DNA of 64,000 nucleotides from Alphaproteobacteria bacterium (GTDB lineage Bacteria; Pseudomonadota; Alphaproteobacteria; UBA828): NCBI GenBank assembly GCA_965214705.1, contig OZ243972.1, positions 2,080,001 to 2,144,000 of the forward strand, read 5' to 3'. Shown piece by piece: positions 50,530 to 60,497 of this stretch (position 1 is its first letter; each line of letters starts with the position of its first letter). The notes under the pieces were generated by a model. It saw only the letters and a program-made list of their open reading frames with translations, ran no database searches and was not told where the DNA came from. The position numbers and the translations under genes were made by a program.

Positions 50530-52689
50530 CCCAAGTTGGCACTTTTTCCGACCAGCCGAGCCTGTTCGAGCCAGTTTTGCGGCGCTGAACCACTAGATGT
50601 TGGGGTTGGAGGACACCTGAGACCCACATTTGCCATTCGTGGTCCTGGAAGCCAATTGTGGGGCCAGGACTTTGGAGTTGAGTCGATATCCCTCTTGCCA
50701 GATGCCGCGAACGCCGTGTATGCGAAACAGGCATCGCAGAAACGGCGCCGCCATGTACATCAAGGCAACCAGGACACACACCGACAAGGCCGGCCAGCCG
50801 GTCCGAAGCCATCGCCTCGTGCTCGCCCAGCGCGTCGGCGACAAGGTGCGCCACAGGACGCTGCTCAATCTCGGCACCGACTATCCGGTGCCGCGCGAGA
50901 AGTGGAAGGCCGTCACCGAACTCGCCGAGGCGCTGCTTCACGGCAAGCCGCCGCTGTTCGAGGGCGAGGCGGATGTGCGGGCCGCAGCCGAGGACATCGT
51001 CGCCAAGCTCAGGGCCAGGGGGTTCCGCGTCGAGGCGATGCAGGAAGAGGCGCGCAAGCCCGACATCGCCACCGTCGACCTCGATACCCTGGAGCACGAG
51101 AACCCGCGCACGGTCGGCTGCGAGCGCCTGTGCCTCAAGGCCCTCGACGCCCTCGGCTTCGCCGAAATCCTCCACGGCCTCGACATCAAGGGCCGCGACG
51201 GGCGCATCGCCAGCGCGCTGATCGTCGCCAGGATGGTCCATCCCGCCAGCGAGCGTGATACCAGCCGCTGGCTCCGCCACGACAGCGCGGCCGCCGAGCT
51301 CCTGGGCCTGGAGGGCGACCGCAAGGCGCTGCGGCGCAAGACGCTCTACCGCATCGGCGACCTGCTCTGGCGCCACCGCGCCGCCATCCAGCGGGAGCTG
51401 TTCAACCGTGAGCGCGCACTGCTCGACCTGCCCGAGACGATCGCCTTCTACGATCTCACCAACGTCCACTACCACGGCCACACGGGCGGCGAGCTTCCCA
51501 GGTTCGGGCGCTCCAAGCAGAAGCGCGACGACTGTCCCCTCATCACGCTGGCGCTGGCGCTCGACGGCGCGGGCTTCCCGCGCAGTTGCGAGATCCTGCC
51601 GGGCAACGTGAGCGAGCCGGGCACGCTGCACGAGGCGCTGGCGCGGCTCGAGGCGGTGTGCGGCGGCACGGCGCCGAAGCCCACGGTGGTCATGGACGCG
51701 GGCATCGCCACCGAGAAAAACATCGCGTGGCTGGGCGAGCAGGGCTACGACTGGATCGCGGTCAGCCGCGGTGCCAGGCCTGCGCCGCCCGAGGGCGGAC
51801 CCGAGGCCCTGCTGATCACCAGCGCGCGCCACGAGGTGCGGGCCTGGCGGCTTGCCAGCGAGGACGGCGAGGCGCGGCTCTACGTCGTCAGCGAGGGCAA
51901 GAAGAAGGCCGAGAACGCGATCATCGGCCTGAGGCGGAACCGCTTCGAGGCGGCGCTGGAAAGGCTCCACGGCGGCCTCCCGGTCAAGGGCCGCCTCAAG
52001 CGCTACGACAAGGTGCTGGAGAGCATAGGCCGCCTCAAGCAGCGCTTCTCCGCCGTCGCCAGGCACTACGAGATCACGGTCGAGAGGGCGAAAACCGGCC
52101 CCAATGCCACCGCCGTGCGCTTCAAGCGCAGGCCGCGATACGACGAGGCCGATGAGGGCGCCGGTGCCTATGTGCTGCGCACCAGCCACGTCGACTGGGA
52201 CATCGAGACGGTCCTGCGGACGTACTGGCGGATCACGGATATCGAGGCGACATTCCGGAGCCTGAAATCCGAGCTCGGCCTTCGCCCGATCTGGCACCAG
52301 CTCGACCGGCGCATCGCGGCCCACCTGCTGATCGCCGTGCTGGCCTACCACGCCGTGCATCTGATCCGTACCCGGCTGGCCGCGCGCGGCATCCACAAGT
52401 GCTGGGCGTCGATCCGCGAGAGCATGCGGACCTGGGTGCGGATCACCACGCGCCTGCGCCAGACCGACGGCACCTTGATCGTCAACCGCCAGGACACGCG
52501 CCCGGCCGCCGAGGTTGCCGCAATCTCCTCGGCGGCGGGCGTGGACCCCGCCATCCACCGCACGAGGACCCGTCTGATGAGCTGACAGAATCTCACAAAA
52601 TGTGGGGCCATGTTGGAATCGACCGAGAAAAATATCGCGTTGAATCAAACCAATAGGGAACACAGGCAGCGGAAAAGTGCCAACTTGGG
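50530..52689 (+). mobile_element. IS1634-family element A variant (2160 bp)
   Basis: Same terminal IR; TSD ACGA; divergent subterminal regions. Confidence 0.93.
50753..52585 (+). CDS. IS1634-family transposase
   Basis: Core nearly identical to copies 1-3. Confidence 0.9.
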   Translation: MYIKATRTHTDKAGQPVRSHRLVLAQRVGDKVRHRTLLNLGTDYPVPREKWKAVTELAEALLHGKPPLFEGEADVRAAAEDIVAKLRARGFRVEAMQEEARKPDIATVDLDTLEHENPRTVGCERLCLKALDALGFAEILHGLDIKGRDGRIASALIVARMVHPASERDTSRWLRHDSAAAELLGLEGDRKALRRKTLYRIGDLLWRHRAAIQRELFNRERALLDLPETIAFYDLTNVHYHGHTGGELPRFGRSKQKRDDCPLITLALALDGAGFPRSCEILPGNVSEPGTLHEALARLEAVCGGTAPKPTVVMDAGIATEKNIAWLGEQGYDWIAVSRGARPAPPEGGPEALLITSARHEVRAWRLASEDGEARLYVVSEGKKKAENAIIGLRRNRFEAALERLHGGLPVKGRLKRYDKVLESIGRLKQRFSAVARHYEITVERAKTGPNATAVRFKRRPRYDEADEGAGAYVLRTSHVDWDIETVLRTYWRITDIEATFRSLKSELGLRPIWHQLDRRIAAHLLIAVLAYHAVHLIRTRLAARGIHKCWASIRESMRTWVRITTRLRQTDGTLIVNRQDTRPAAEVAAISSAAGVDPAIHRTRTRLMS

Positions 52690-52932
52690 ACGAGAGGCGA
52701 AGTTGAGCTATGTGGAAAGTGCGCTGATGTCAGCGTCAGGCGGCATCCACCGGCAGCAGAGTTGCGCATAAAATCGACGCTCGCGCCGGTCTTTCGGCAG
52801 GCATGCGGGCGCACGCTGCGAGGACTGAGCGGGGTGTGAGCCGAGGGCTGTCAGCCCGGCTCAAGCGGAGACAGGTTCGGTCGTGCGTCGGCGCTTTGGC
52901 GCCGTTGCGCGGGGCCGAAGCGAGCGGGCGTC

Positions 52933-54174
52933 TCACGGTTTCCCCCTGTGGGTCGGCGGCAGCGCCGGCGGGCCGCGCGTCGAGCGGGGCTCATGGCGGC
53001 GGCGGATTTCGCGGACGAGGCGCATGACGCCGCCGCAGTGGGGGCAGGCCACGGGCGCGGTGCCGATCTCGGGCTCTTCGTCGGGCTCGGCCTGAGCGCC
53101 GTCCACGCTTCCCTCGGGGGCGGCGCAGCCGAGGGCGCCGAGAGCCTGGCGTGCTCTCTCCAGCGTGCTGGCGCGGCAGCCGTTGGCGAGGATGCCGAAG
53201 TAGCGAATGCGGTGCATGCCGTCCGGCAGGACGTGCCTCAGGAAGCGGCGGATGAACTCGTCGGCGCTCACGGTGGCGATGCCGTAGCGCGGCTTTCTCT
53301 GCCCCGGCGCCTTGGGCTTTCGGTGGCGGAAGGAGACCGTCTCGCCGTCGAAGGAGACGATGCGGCTGTCGGAGATGGCGATCCTGTGCGTGTAGTGCGA
53401 GAGGTACCGGAAGACCTGCTCAGGCCCGCGGAAGGGCCGCTTGGCGTAGACCACCCAGTCCCTGGCCCGGGCGGCGGCAAGCGTGGCGTGGAACTCGCCG
53501 GGATTGGCGAGGTGGGCGAGGGTGCCGTGGAACTCCAGGTCCCCCCGGCCGTGGGCGCGGGCGAGCTCCTCGAGGAAGAGGCGGCGGAACAGGCTGCCGA
53601 GGACCTTGACGGGGGCGAGGAAGGTGGTGCTCCCCGTCTTCCACTCGCCACTGTCTACGTCGAAGCCCGCGTTGGGCACGACCACGTGCAGGTGCGGGTG
53701 GAAGCGGAGCTTCTGATCCCAGGTATGGAGGACCGCGGTGCCGCCGATGCGCATGCCGCCGTGGCGGGGATCGGCGGCGATGGTGCGCAGGGTCTCGGCG
53801 ACGGCCCGGAAGAGGATGTCGAACACCACCCTGCGGTTGCAGAAGGCAATGGCGGCAACCTCCTTGGGCAGGGTGAAGACCACATGGAAGTAGGGCACCG
53901 GCAGGATGTCCCCGGCGCGCTCCTCGCTCCAGAGGTTGGCGGCGAGACCCTGGCAGGTGGGGCAGTGGCGGTTGCGGCAGGAGTTGAAGAGCGGATGCTC
54001 GCGCCCGCAGCCCTCGCAGGCGTACATGTGGCCGCCGAGCACGGCGGTGCGGCACGCCTCGATGGCGCCCATGACCTTGAGCCGGGCGGCGTCGATGCGC
54101 CCTTTGTGGCGCTCACGGAAAGCGGCGCCGGCGCGGCGGAAGATCTCCGCCACGCCCGCGCGTTCGGCCTCCAC
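52933..54174 (-). CDS. IS91-family transposase
   Basis: As copy A. Confidence 0.95.
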   Translation of the reverse strand: MEAERAGVAEIFRRAGAAFRERHKGRIDAARLKVMGAIEACRTAVLGGHMYACEGCGREHPLFNSCRNRHCPTCQGLAANLWSEERAGDILPVPYFHVVFTLPKEVAAIAFCNRRVVFDILFRAVAETLRTIAADPRHGGMRIGGTAVLHTWDQKLRFHPHLHVVVPNAGFDVDSGEWKTGSTTFLAPVKVLGSLFRRLFLEELARAHGRGDLEFHGTLAHLANPGEFHATLAAARARDWVVYAKRPFRGPEQVFRYLSHYTHRIAISDSRIVSFDGETVSFRHRKPKAPGQRKPRYGIATVSADEFIRRFLRHVLPDGMHRIRYFGILANGCRASTLERARQALGALGCAAPEGSVDGAQAEPDEEPEIGTAPVACPHCGGVMRLVREIRRRHEPRSTRGPPALPPTHRGKP

Positions 54175-54180
54175 GCGCCG

Positions 54181-55059
54181 TCAGTTGCGCAACGCTGCGA
54201 AGCCTGAGATCGGGTGGTCGAGGCCCTCGAACATCTTGCCGGTGACGCGGGCGTAGTGACGGGTCGTGTTCGCGCTTCGATGGCCGAGCATGTCCCGGAT
54301 CACCTCGATATCGCCGCCGCGCTCGAGGAGATGGGTCGCCGCCGAATGGCGCAGGCAATGGAAGGTGTAGCTGCGGTCGAGCTCGGCAATGTCGCGCGCC
54401 CTCCTGAAGGCGGCCTGCAAGGTCTCCGTTGCGATGGGCCTGTCGAGCGAGACGCCGTAGAAGAGCCAGCTCGTCGGACGCGGCCAGATGTTCCTGTAGT
54501 AGACGCGCAAGTAGTGGATGACGATGTCCGGCAACGGTGCCATTCTCTCGGTGCCGCCTTTGCCGGAGGGGATGTGCAGCAGCTTCTTCTCCGACAGGAT
54601 GTCGCCGACCTTGATGGCCAAGGTCTCGGAGATGCGGAGCCCGCCGCCATAGCCGGTGACAATGGCAGCACGGTGGCGGAGGTCGGGTGTCGCAAGGATG
54701 AGGTGCTCGACCTCCTGCTCCGACATGTAGCGCGGCAGCTTGCCGGGCTTCTTGCGGGAGCGCAGGCCGGCGACATGGTCAGGCCAGCCGAGTGTGTCGA
54801 TGTAGAGGAAGTTCAGCGCGGCGAAGGAGACGTTGGTCGTGCCCGGACTGAGCCCCTTGTCGATCCGCCCCAGGTACCACTGGCGCACCTGCTCGGCGTC
54901 GAGCTCGTCCGGCGAGGCGTCGTAGTACCTGGCCAGGTTCTTGATCTCGCAGATGTAGGCCTTGGACGTGCTCGCGGCCAGATTGGCGATGCGGAGCTGC
55001 TCCTCCATGCGCTGGCGAAGAGGGGTGACGGTGTTCGTGTCGCACGCGGTCCCGGTCAT
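54181..55059 (-). CDS. Tyrosine recombinase
   Basis: As copy A, one N>S change. Confidence 0.93.
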   Translation of the reverse strand: MTGTACDTNTVTPLRQRMEEQLRIANLAASTSKAYICEIKNLARYYDASPDELDAEQVRQWYLGRIDKGLSPGTTNVSFAALNFLYIDTLGWPDHVAGLRSRKKPGKLPRYMSEQEVEHLILATPDLRHRAAIVTGYGGGLRISETLAIKVGDILSEKKLLHIPSGKGGTERMAPLPDIVIHYLRVYYRNIWPRPTSWLFYGVSLDRPIATETLQAAFRRARDIAELDRSYTFHCLRHSAATHLLERGGDIEVIRDMLGHRSANTTRHYARVTGKMFEGLDHPISGFAALRN

Positions 55060-57521
55060 TATCGATCTCCCTGGATCGCGACGGCGCGCCGCCGGACCGA
55101 TCCGGCGACGGTCCGTCGCAGGGGTCGATGCTAACCACTGGTGATCGGGAGGCTGCTGGGGATCCGCCACCCGACGGGCGGAGCGCCACTGACGCAACCG
55201 GGAAGCGAACGCACAGAACAAACGGCACCCGCGACGCCTCGGAAATGAATGAACTCTACGCCGCTAACTCCGCGTAGCGGCTTCGTTCAAATGATGCTGG
55301 GGGTGATCAGATGACTGGGTAATGAGAAAACCGATGGCGGCGTCATCCGGCTCGGCGAGCCGCTCGGCCACTGCGTTGAGTGCCCGGGCGGACAGTGCGG
55401 CCGTGTCGGCATGAGATGCGACGAAGGTCGGATCGGAGCAACCGGGCTCGGGCTGGCGGAGGTCTTCAACGGCGTCCGATGTCCAGAAAGCCCTGGCCCA
55501 CTCGTCCAGCCAGTCTCGGGTCACTGCGGTCACTCCGAGACGCCGATGGACGTCAAGAGGCCCAGCCTGGTATCTAGGAGGCGCGATGACTGCAACGGCG
55601 TGTTGCGCAGTGGCGCTCATCATCACCGAGGCGACCGGAACGCGACGCTGGTGGTCCTTGAGTACAGCCTCGAGCTTGCTCTTGACCCTCAGGGACGCGG
55701 TCGCGTCGATGACTACGTCGACATCGCTATCCCAGTCGGATCCGGCCAGCGTCCGACTGATGATGTTCTCCCACTTAGTCTCTACTGCAACCTTGGGGGC
55801 GATCGATTGCACCCTCCGCGCGAGTGCGGCGACCTTCGTCTCGTTGGTGTCTGTTGCCGAAAAGTTTTGTCGCACGAGCACGCCCGGGGTGACACGGGCC
55901 CAGTCGTAGAGCGCGAGATGGGCGACCCCGGCTCGTGCGAGATGCTCCGCGATGAGCCCGCCGATCGCTCCACAGCCCCAGAGCGCGACCCGCTTGCCTC
56001 GAAACCAGTCCATCGGCGTACCCTCGTCTCGGCGAGTGACGATTTCGGGCCGGTTCTCGATCGCGCGGCACCACCGCACGCGGGCATCGCGACGCCATTG
56101 AAAGAGGATTTCCCATATGGAGTCGATCACCTCCTGAATGGCCGCCGGGGTATCTTGGTCCTTGTAGCGGTTGCTGAATTGGCAGGCGATGGAGGCCGCG
56201 CGCAGTTTGGCGACGTCGGCCGTTTCGATTTCCCAGAAGGTTAGGTGCTGGCGTCGTTGTTCAACATCGCCGGCGATGCCGCGCGAGGGAGCGCCTATTC
56301 CGACATACATGGGCGAGTCGGCCGGGACACGCTCGGAGGCAAGCATCAGGTGCGCGAGCAGGCGATAGCCGAGATTGCCGCGGCTCTCGAGATAATGGAG
56401 GAAGTAATCGACGGTTCGGGGATATTCGAACGGAAGCTCGAAGTCGAGTAGCGCCGCGGGCGCAACGAGCAGGTCGTTCGGGATCTCGTGGATGGGCAGC
56501 CAAGCGTTGACCTGGAGTAGGTCGAGCTTGGACTGCGAGAGTACGGCAGCGCCGAACCATGGCCAAGTATCACGGCCTGGCGTATCGGCATTCACGCAGA
56601 TCGCGGTGGAGGCAACCGTATAGGCGACGGGCGGATGCAGTGGTCCTTCGGGGTCGTCGAGCTCGTTGCGGGCGCCGCGTCGAAACCACTCGTCGAGTTG
56701 GGCCAGGAATCCGAACATGCCCTGCGAAGGAATCCACTGCGTCTCGGTGGACAGGTACACGCACAGACGATGTCCCCACTGAACGTGGCCAAAGCCGTGA
56801 AATCGGGTATGGGCGGTATCGACGGCTGGCGGCGTGAAGGGGAAATCCGCCGGGACCGACAGCGTTACGCTCTCACGATCGTGCAGAGGAAGGCCACCCT
56901 CGACGCGCTCGTAACGAGTGCAATCGAGGGTGATATCGATGTTCAGGGAAGCGCCGGGGGCCGTTTCTTCGTCGATACCGACAATCCGGACGGGAGAACG
57001 GTCGGTTTCGGCGATCCGTTGGAGCTGTGCGAGCGCAATCAGTTGTCCTTCACTGACGGCCACGACCGAATCCGACTGCGACGGCGGGGGCGGCGGCGGC
57101 CGCGCCGGCCCCTTTCAGCGCGTCGCTCATGGGCTTGCTCGCTTCGCTCTCGCCGATATGCGCGAAGCCGTTTTGGCCGACCTCGAAGATGATCGGCTCG
57201 GGATTGTCCTCGTCCGGATGCTCGTGTGTGCACAGGAACGCGTTGGGGACGATGCGCTCGTACTGTCTCTTCGCCTTGGCGTGGGGCGGGTTGTCGCCAG
57301 GATCGTTTCGCGCCGGGACCGGGTCCGAGCTCGAGACAACGTAGCCGGGGTCGAGGGCAGCATTGCCGATGTCGCGGACCATGTCGGACTTCAGGGTCTC
57401 GTCGTCCTGGTCCTGGTCCTTCCAGTACATGGCCGACTTGGAGCAATGATGGGGTGCAAGCAGGGCATTCCAGGCCAGCGTTGCGTCCTCGCTGCGGTCG
57501 AAGATGCGGCGAATAACGGGA

Positions 57522-57688
57522 AAGGCTTATCCCTCTGGCTCCGGTTCCCCAACATGTTGTACCGGCCACCTCGGCGGCGGTATCCGACACGGTCGCAGTT
57601 CCTTCCGTGTCTCAATGGGTTGCCCGTAAAGTGCCCAGCGATCCGGCACCCCACATATGGAGAAGCCGGATGTAAGGGGATAAGCCTT
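57522..57688. mobile_element. 167-bp MITE, same family as 14472..14638
   Basis: AAGGCTTATCCCT...AGGGGATAAGCCTT; first ~45 bp match the reverse complement of the other copy's right end. Confidence 0.88.
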
Positions 57689-57689
57689 T

Positions 57690-59188
57690 GAGCCTCTTGC
57701 AAAATAGCTGAGTCGAGTTGCTCTTCTGCCTGAGTGAAGGCCTTTGCGGTGGGACCGGCCCACCCTCGTGAGTATCATGTGCTGCGCTAGCGCAAAACAC
57801 CGCATGATGACCACGGAGGAGTGGAGCCGTGTCCCTGCGCGAGATGCTATCGGATTACTGGTACGCCTTTCAACAAGAGTTATTCCCGAGGCTCGAGAGC
57901 GAGCTTGGCCCGATGGGCGAGCGCTACGAGCTGTTCGTCGCGGTTCTGGAACTGGTGCGGGTCGAGGCTCTTCTGCCCTACTTCCGCGGCCAGGTAGGGC
58001 GGCCGGAGGAGGACCGCGCGGCGCTGGCGCGCGCCTTCATCGCCAAGGCCGTGTTCGACGTTCCGACGACGCGCGGCCTGATCGAGCGTCTTGAGGTTGA
58101 CGGCAGGCTATGCCGGCTGTGCGGCTGGAGCGGTGCCGGCCGGCTTCCGAGCGAGGCGACGTTTTCGCGGGCCTTTTCCGAGTTTGCCGAGAGCCGTCTT
58201 GCGAACCGTCTGCATGAGACGTTGATTGCGCGGACGATGGATGGCCATCTTGTCGAGCACATCTCGCGGGATGCGACGGCGATCGAGGCGCGGGAGAAGC
58301 CGAAGCCGAAGGCAGCGAAGCCGAAGCGGCGCAAGCGGGGGCGGCCACGCAAGGGAGAGGCGCGGGCGAAGGAGCCGAGCCGGCTGGAACGGCAACTGAC
58401 GATGAGCCTTCCGCAGATGCTGGCAGACCTGCCGAGGGCCTGCGATGTCGGCAGCAAGCGCAACGCCAAGGGCCATACCACCTCCTGGATCGGGTACAAG
58501 CTGCACGTCGATACCGCCGATGGCGGGATCCCCATCAGCTGCATCATGACGTCTGCGTCGACGCATGACTCCCAGGTGGCGATTCCGTTGGGAACCCTGA
58601 CGGCCGGGCGGGTCGAGAACCTCTACGACCTTATGGACGCGGCCTATGATTCCATCGAGATCTGGGCGCACAGCATCTTGCTGGGCCACAAGCCGATCAT
58701 CGACGTGAACCCCCGCCGCTCGGTCGAAATGCAAGAGGCGTTGAAGCAGGAGAAGAAGGCGCGGCGCACGCTCGGCCTCGTCTTTCCCGAGGAGCGTCGT
58801 TACGTCGTGCGCTCGGGGTCCGAGCGGATCAATGGGCGGCTCAAGGATGAGTTCGGCGGCCGCCATGTCCGCGTGCGCGGGTACGACAAGGTTCTCGCCC
58901 ACCTCATGTTCGGCATGACCGTGCTGACGGCCAGCCAGCTGATGCGCCTTATCGTTCCGCCGATCTAGTCCGGCTCCTCTCCTTCGCCATCACCGCAGCC
59001 GCACTTCCTGAGAGGCGGAGCGGCCAAACGCGCCTGGAGTTCGGCGAAAATACCGAATCGGAGGCAGCGCCAACGCTGATCCGACCATGGTCGCGATCAA
59101 AATCGCGCCAATTGCCGTGCGCCGACGTCGCTGCTAGCTTGGGTGTTCTTGCGCCGCTCCGAGTCGATCAGAGTTTTGCAAGCGGCTC
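57690..59188 (+). mobile_element. IS1182/IS5-like element
   Basis: IRs GAGCCTCTTGCAAAA / TTTTGCAAGCGGCTC; 4-bp TSD CTTT. Confidence 0.88.
57829..58968 (+). CDS. DDE transposase (DUF772 + DDE_Tnp_1 type)
   Basis: PSEATFSR, SRDAT, GYKLH, MDAAYD, ERINGRLK. Confidence 0.88.
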   Translation: MSLREMLSDYWYAFQQELFPRLESELGPMGERYELFVAVLELVRVEALLPYFRGQVGRPEEDRAALARAFIAKAVFDVPTTRGLIERLEVDGRLCRLCGWSGAGRLPSEATFSRAFSEFAESRLANRLHETLIARTMDGHLVEHISRDATAIEAREKPKPKAAKPKRRKRGRPRKGEARAKEPSRLERQLTMSLPQMLADLPRACDVGSKRNAKGHTTSWIGYKLHVDTADGGIPISCIMTSASTHDSQVAIPLGTLTAGRVENLYDLMDAAYDSIEIWAHSILLGHKPIIDVNPRRSVEMQEALKQEKKARRTLGLVFPEERRYVVRSGSERINGRLKDEFGGRHVRVRGYDKVLAHLMFGMTVLTASQLMRLIVPPI

Positions 59189-59286
59189 CTTTGGGAGAAA
59201 TATCAGAAAAATGGTGATGTGAACTACACCGGAAAATTGGACGAATTCTTGAAAGATCATTCAACAGATTTCGTCGAATTGAGGTA

Positions 59287-60497
59287 AAGGCTTCTCCCCT
59301 TGGTTCCGGTGACGCAAGATGTTGATCGTCGCCGGCATCGGCGCGCGTCGCACGCGTGATATCTTGGACTGGCGAGAGCGCTGCCCGGCCCCGTCACGCG
59401 GTGCCGGAGTTCGGTATAATGACTCCGAGACAGCCGGAATGGCTGGCTGCGGCACGGTGTTGACCGGCCGGTGGGATCAGGCGCGTTGTTCGACGAAGTC
59501 GCGGTAGCTGGAGGGTTGAAGGCCGGCGCCGATGCCGAGCAGGGTGTCGAAGGCGGCGTCGGTGTGGCGGCGTCGGTTCCTACGGAAGACGAACTCGTCG
59601 AGGTAACGGCGCAAATGGGCGCGGCGCAGGCCGTGAAAGGTGCCGAGCGCCCAGCGTTTCAGGTTCGAGAAGACGCGATGGGTCCACTTCAGCACGAGAT
59701 GGGCGGGCGTGTCGCCGACGATCCTGGCCTCATGGTCGTGCCCGGACAGGCCGGGATAGCCGCTCCAACCGTCGGTGATCACCAGCGCGCCCGGCGCCGA
59801 GGTGGCGGCAACGAAGGCGTGCAGGCTGAGCGCGGAGTAATCCACGATCGGCGCGAGGCGGATGCGGCGCGGCTCACCCTCGGGAGACAGCTCGACCGCT
59901 CCGGCGATGAGCATCTTGCCTTGCGCGCTGCGGCCTTGCCCGCCGGTGGGCGGGTCTTGCGCGGTGCGCTGCGGCAACGAGGCTTCGTCGATCTCAACCA
60001 GATCCTCAAGCAGGCTGCGGTCGGGATCGACCATGGCGCGACGCAGCTTGTGCAGCAGCAGCCACGCACTCTTGTAGCTGCCGAGCCCGAGCTGGGCCTG
60101 GAGTTGCAGGGCGGAGATGCCGTTCGAATGGCTGGTCACCATATGGATGGCGGTGAACCAGGTCTTCAGCGGCAGGTGGCTGCGATGCATGATCGTGCCC
60201 GCGGTCACCGACGTCTCCTTGCCGCAGCCCGCACATTCCCAACTCGCCCTGCGACGCTTCAACTCCCAACCCTTGTCATGGCCGCAAGCGGGGCAAACGA
60301 AGCCGTCGGGCCAACGCTTTGCCGCGAGGTGTCTGGCGCAGGCCTCTTCATCGGGGAAGCGCGCCTCGAAGGCAGCGCGGGACATCGGGCGGTCGTGCTT
60401 CCAGCGGCTCGGCATGGCGAGAACATTACACGAACAACTCGTCCCTGCCAACCCAAACACAAGATGTCGTCAAACCGGGGTCAAGGGGATAAGCCTT
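59287..60497 (-). mobile_element. IS1595-family element
   Basis: IRs AAGGCTTCTCCCCTTG / CAAGGGGATAAGCCTT. Confidence 0.88.
59477..60415 (-). CDS. IS1595-family transposase
   Basis: RWPDGFVCPACG, VEIDE, ITDGW, YLDEFVFR. Confidence 0.93.
   Translation of the reverse strand: MPSRWKHDRPMSRAAFEARFPDEEACARHLAAKRWPDGFVCPACGHDKGWELKRRRASWECAGCGKETSVTAGTIMHRSHLPLKTWFTAIHMVTSHSNGISALQLQAQLGLGSYKSAWLLLHKLRRAMVDPDRSLLEDLVEIDEASLPQRTAQDPPTGGQGRSAQGKMLIAGAVELSPEGEPRRIRLAPIVDYSALSLHAFVAATSAPGALVITDGWSGYPGLSGHDHEARIVGDTPAHLVLKWTHRVFSNLKRWALGTFHGLRRAHLRRYLDEFVFRRNRRRHTDAAFDTLLGIGAGLQPSSYRDFVEQRA

Larger units (their letters stand above)
50461..55290 (-). mobile_element. IS91-like element, copy D, with nested IS1634
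   Basis: 4830 bp minus 2164 bp (IS1634 + TSD) = 2666 bp. Confidence 0.93.
48733..57063 (-). pseudogene. E2 - E1(ThiF) - JAB - patatin fusion (1166 aa restored), interrupted by IS91-like copy D
   Basis: E2 HVQWGHRLC; E1 GCGAIGG and PEPGCSDPTF; JAB ETGG...WHSHP...PSVTD; patatin GGGSR, GVSGG, DGG; 57063..55291 joins 50460..48733 in frame. Confidence 0.92.
57522..60497. mobile_element. Composite unit: MITE + captured fragment + IS1595, with nested IS1182-like element
   Basis: 8-bp TSD TAACGGGA (57514..57521, 60498..60505) flanks only the outer ends. Confidence 0.88.

Noticed and set aside
48733-57063. Canonical type II CBASS
   Set aside because: No CD-NTase or cyclase motif seen in the window; the upstream gene is an MBL and the domains are fused.
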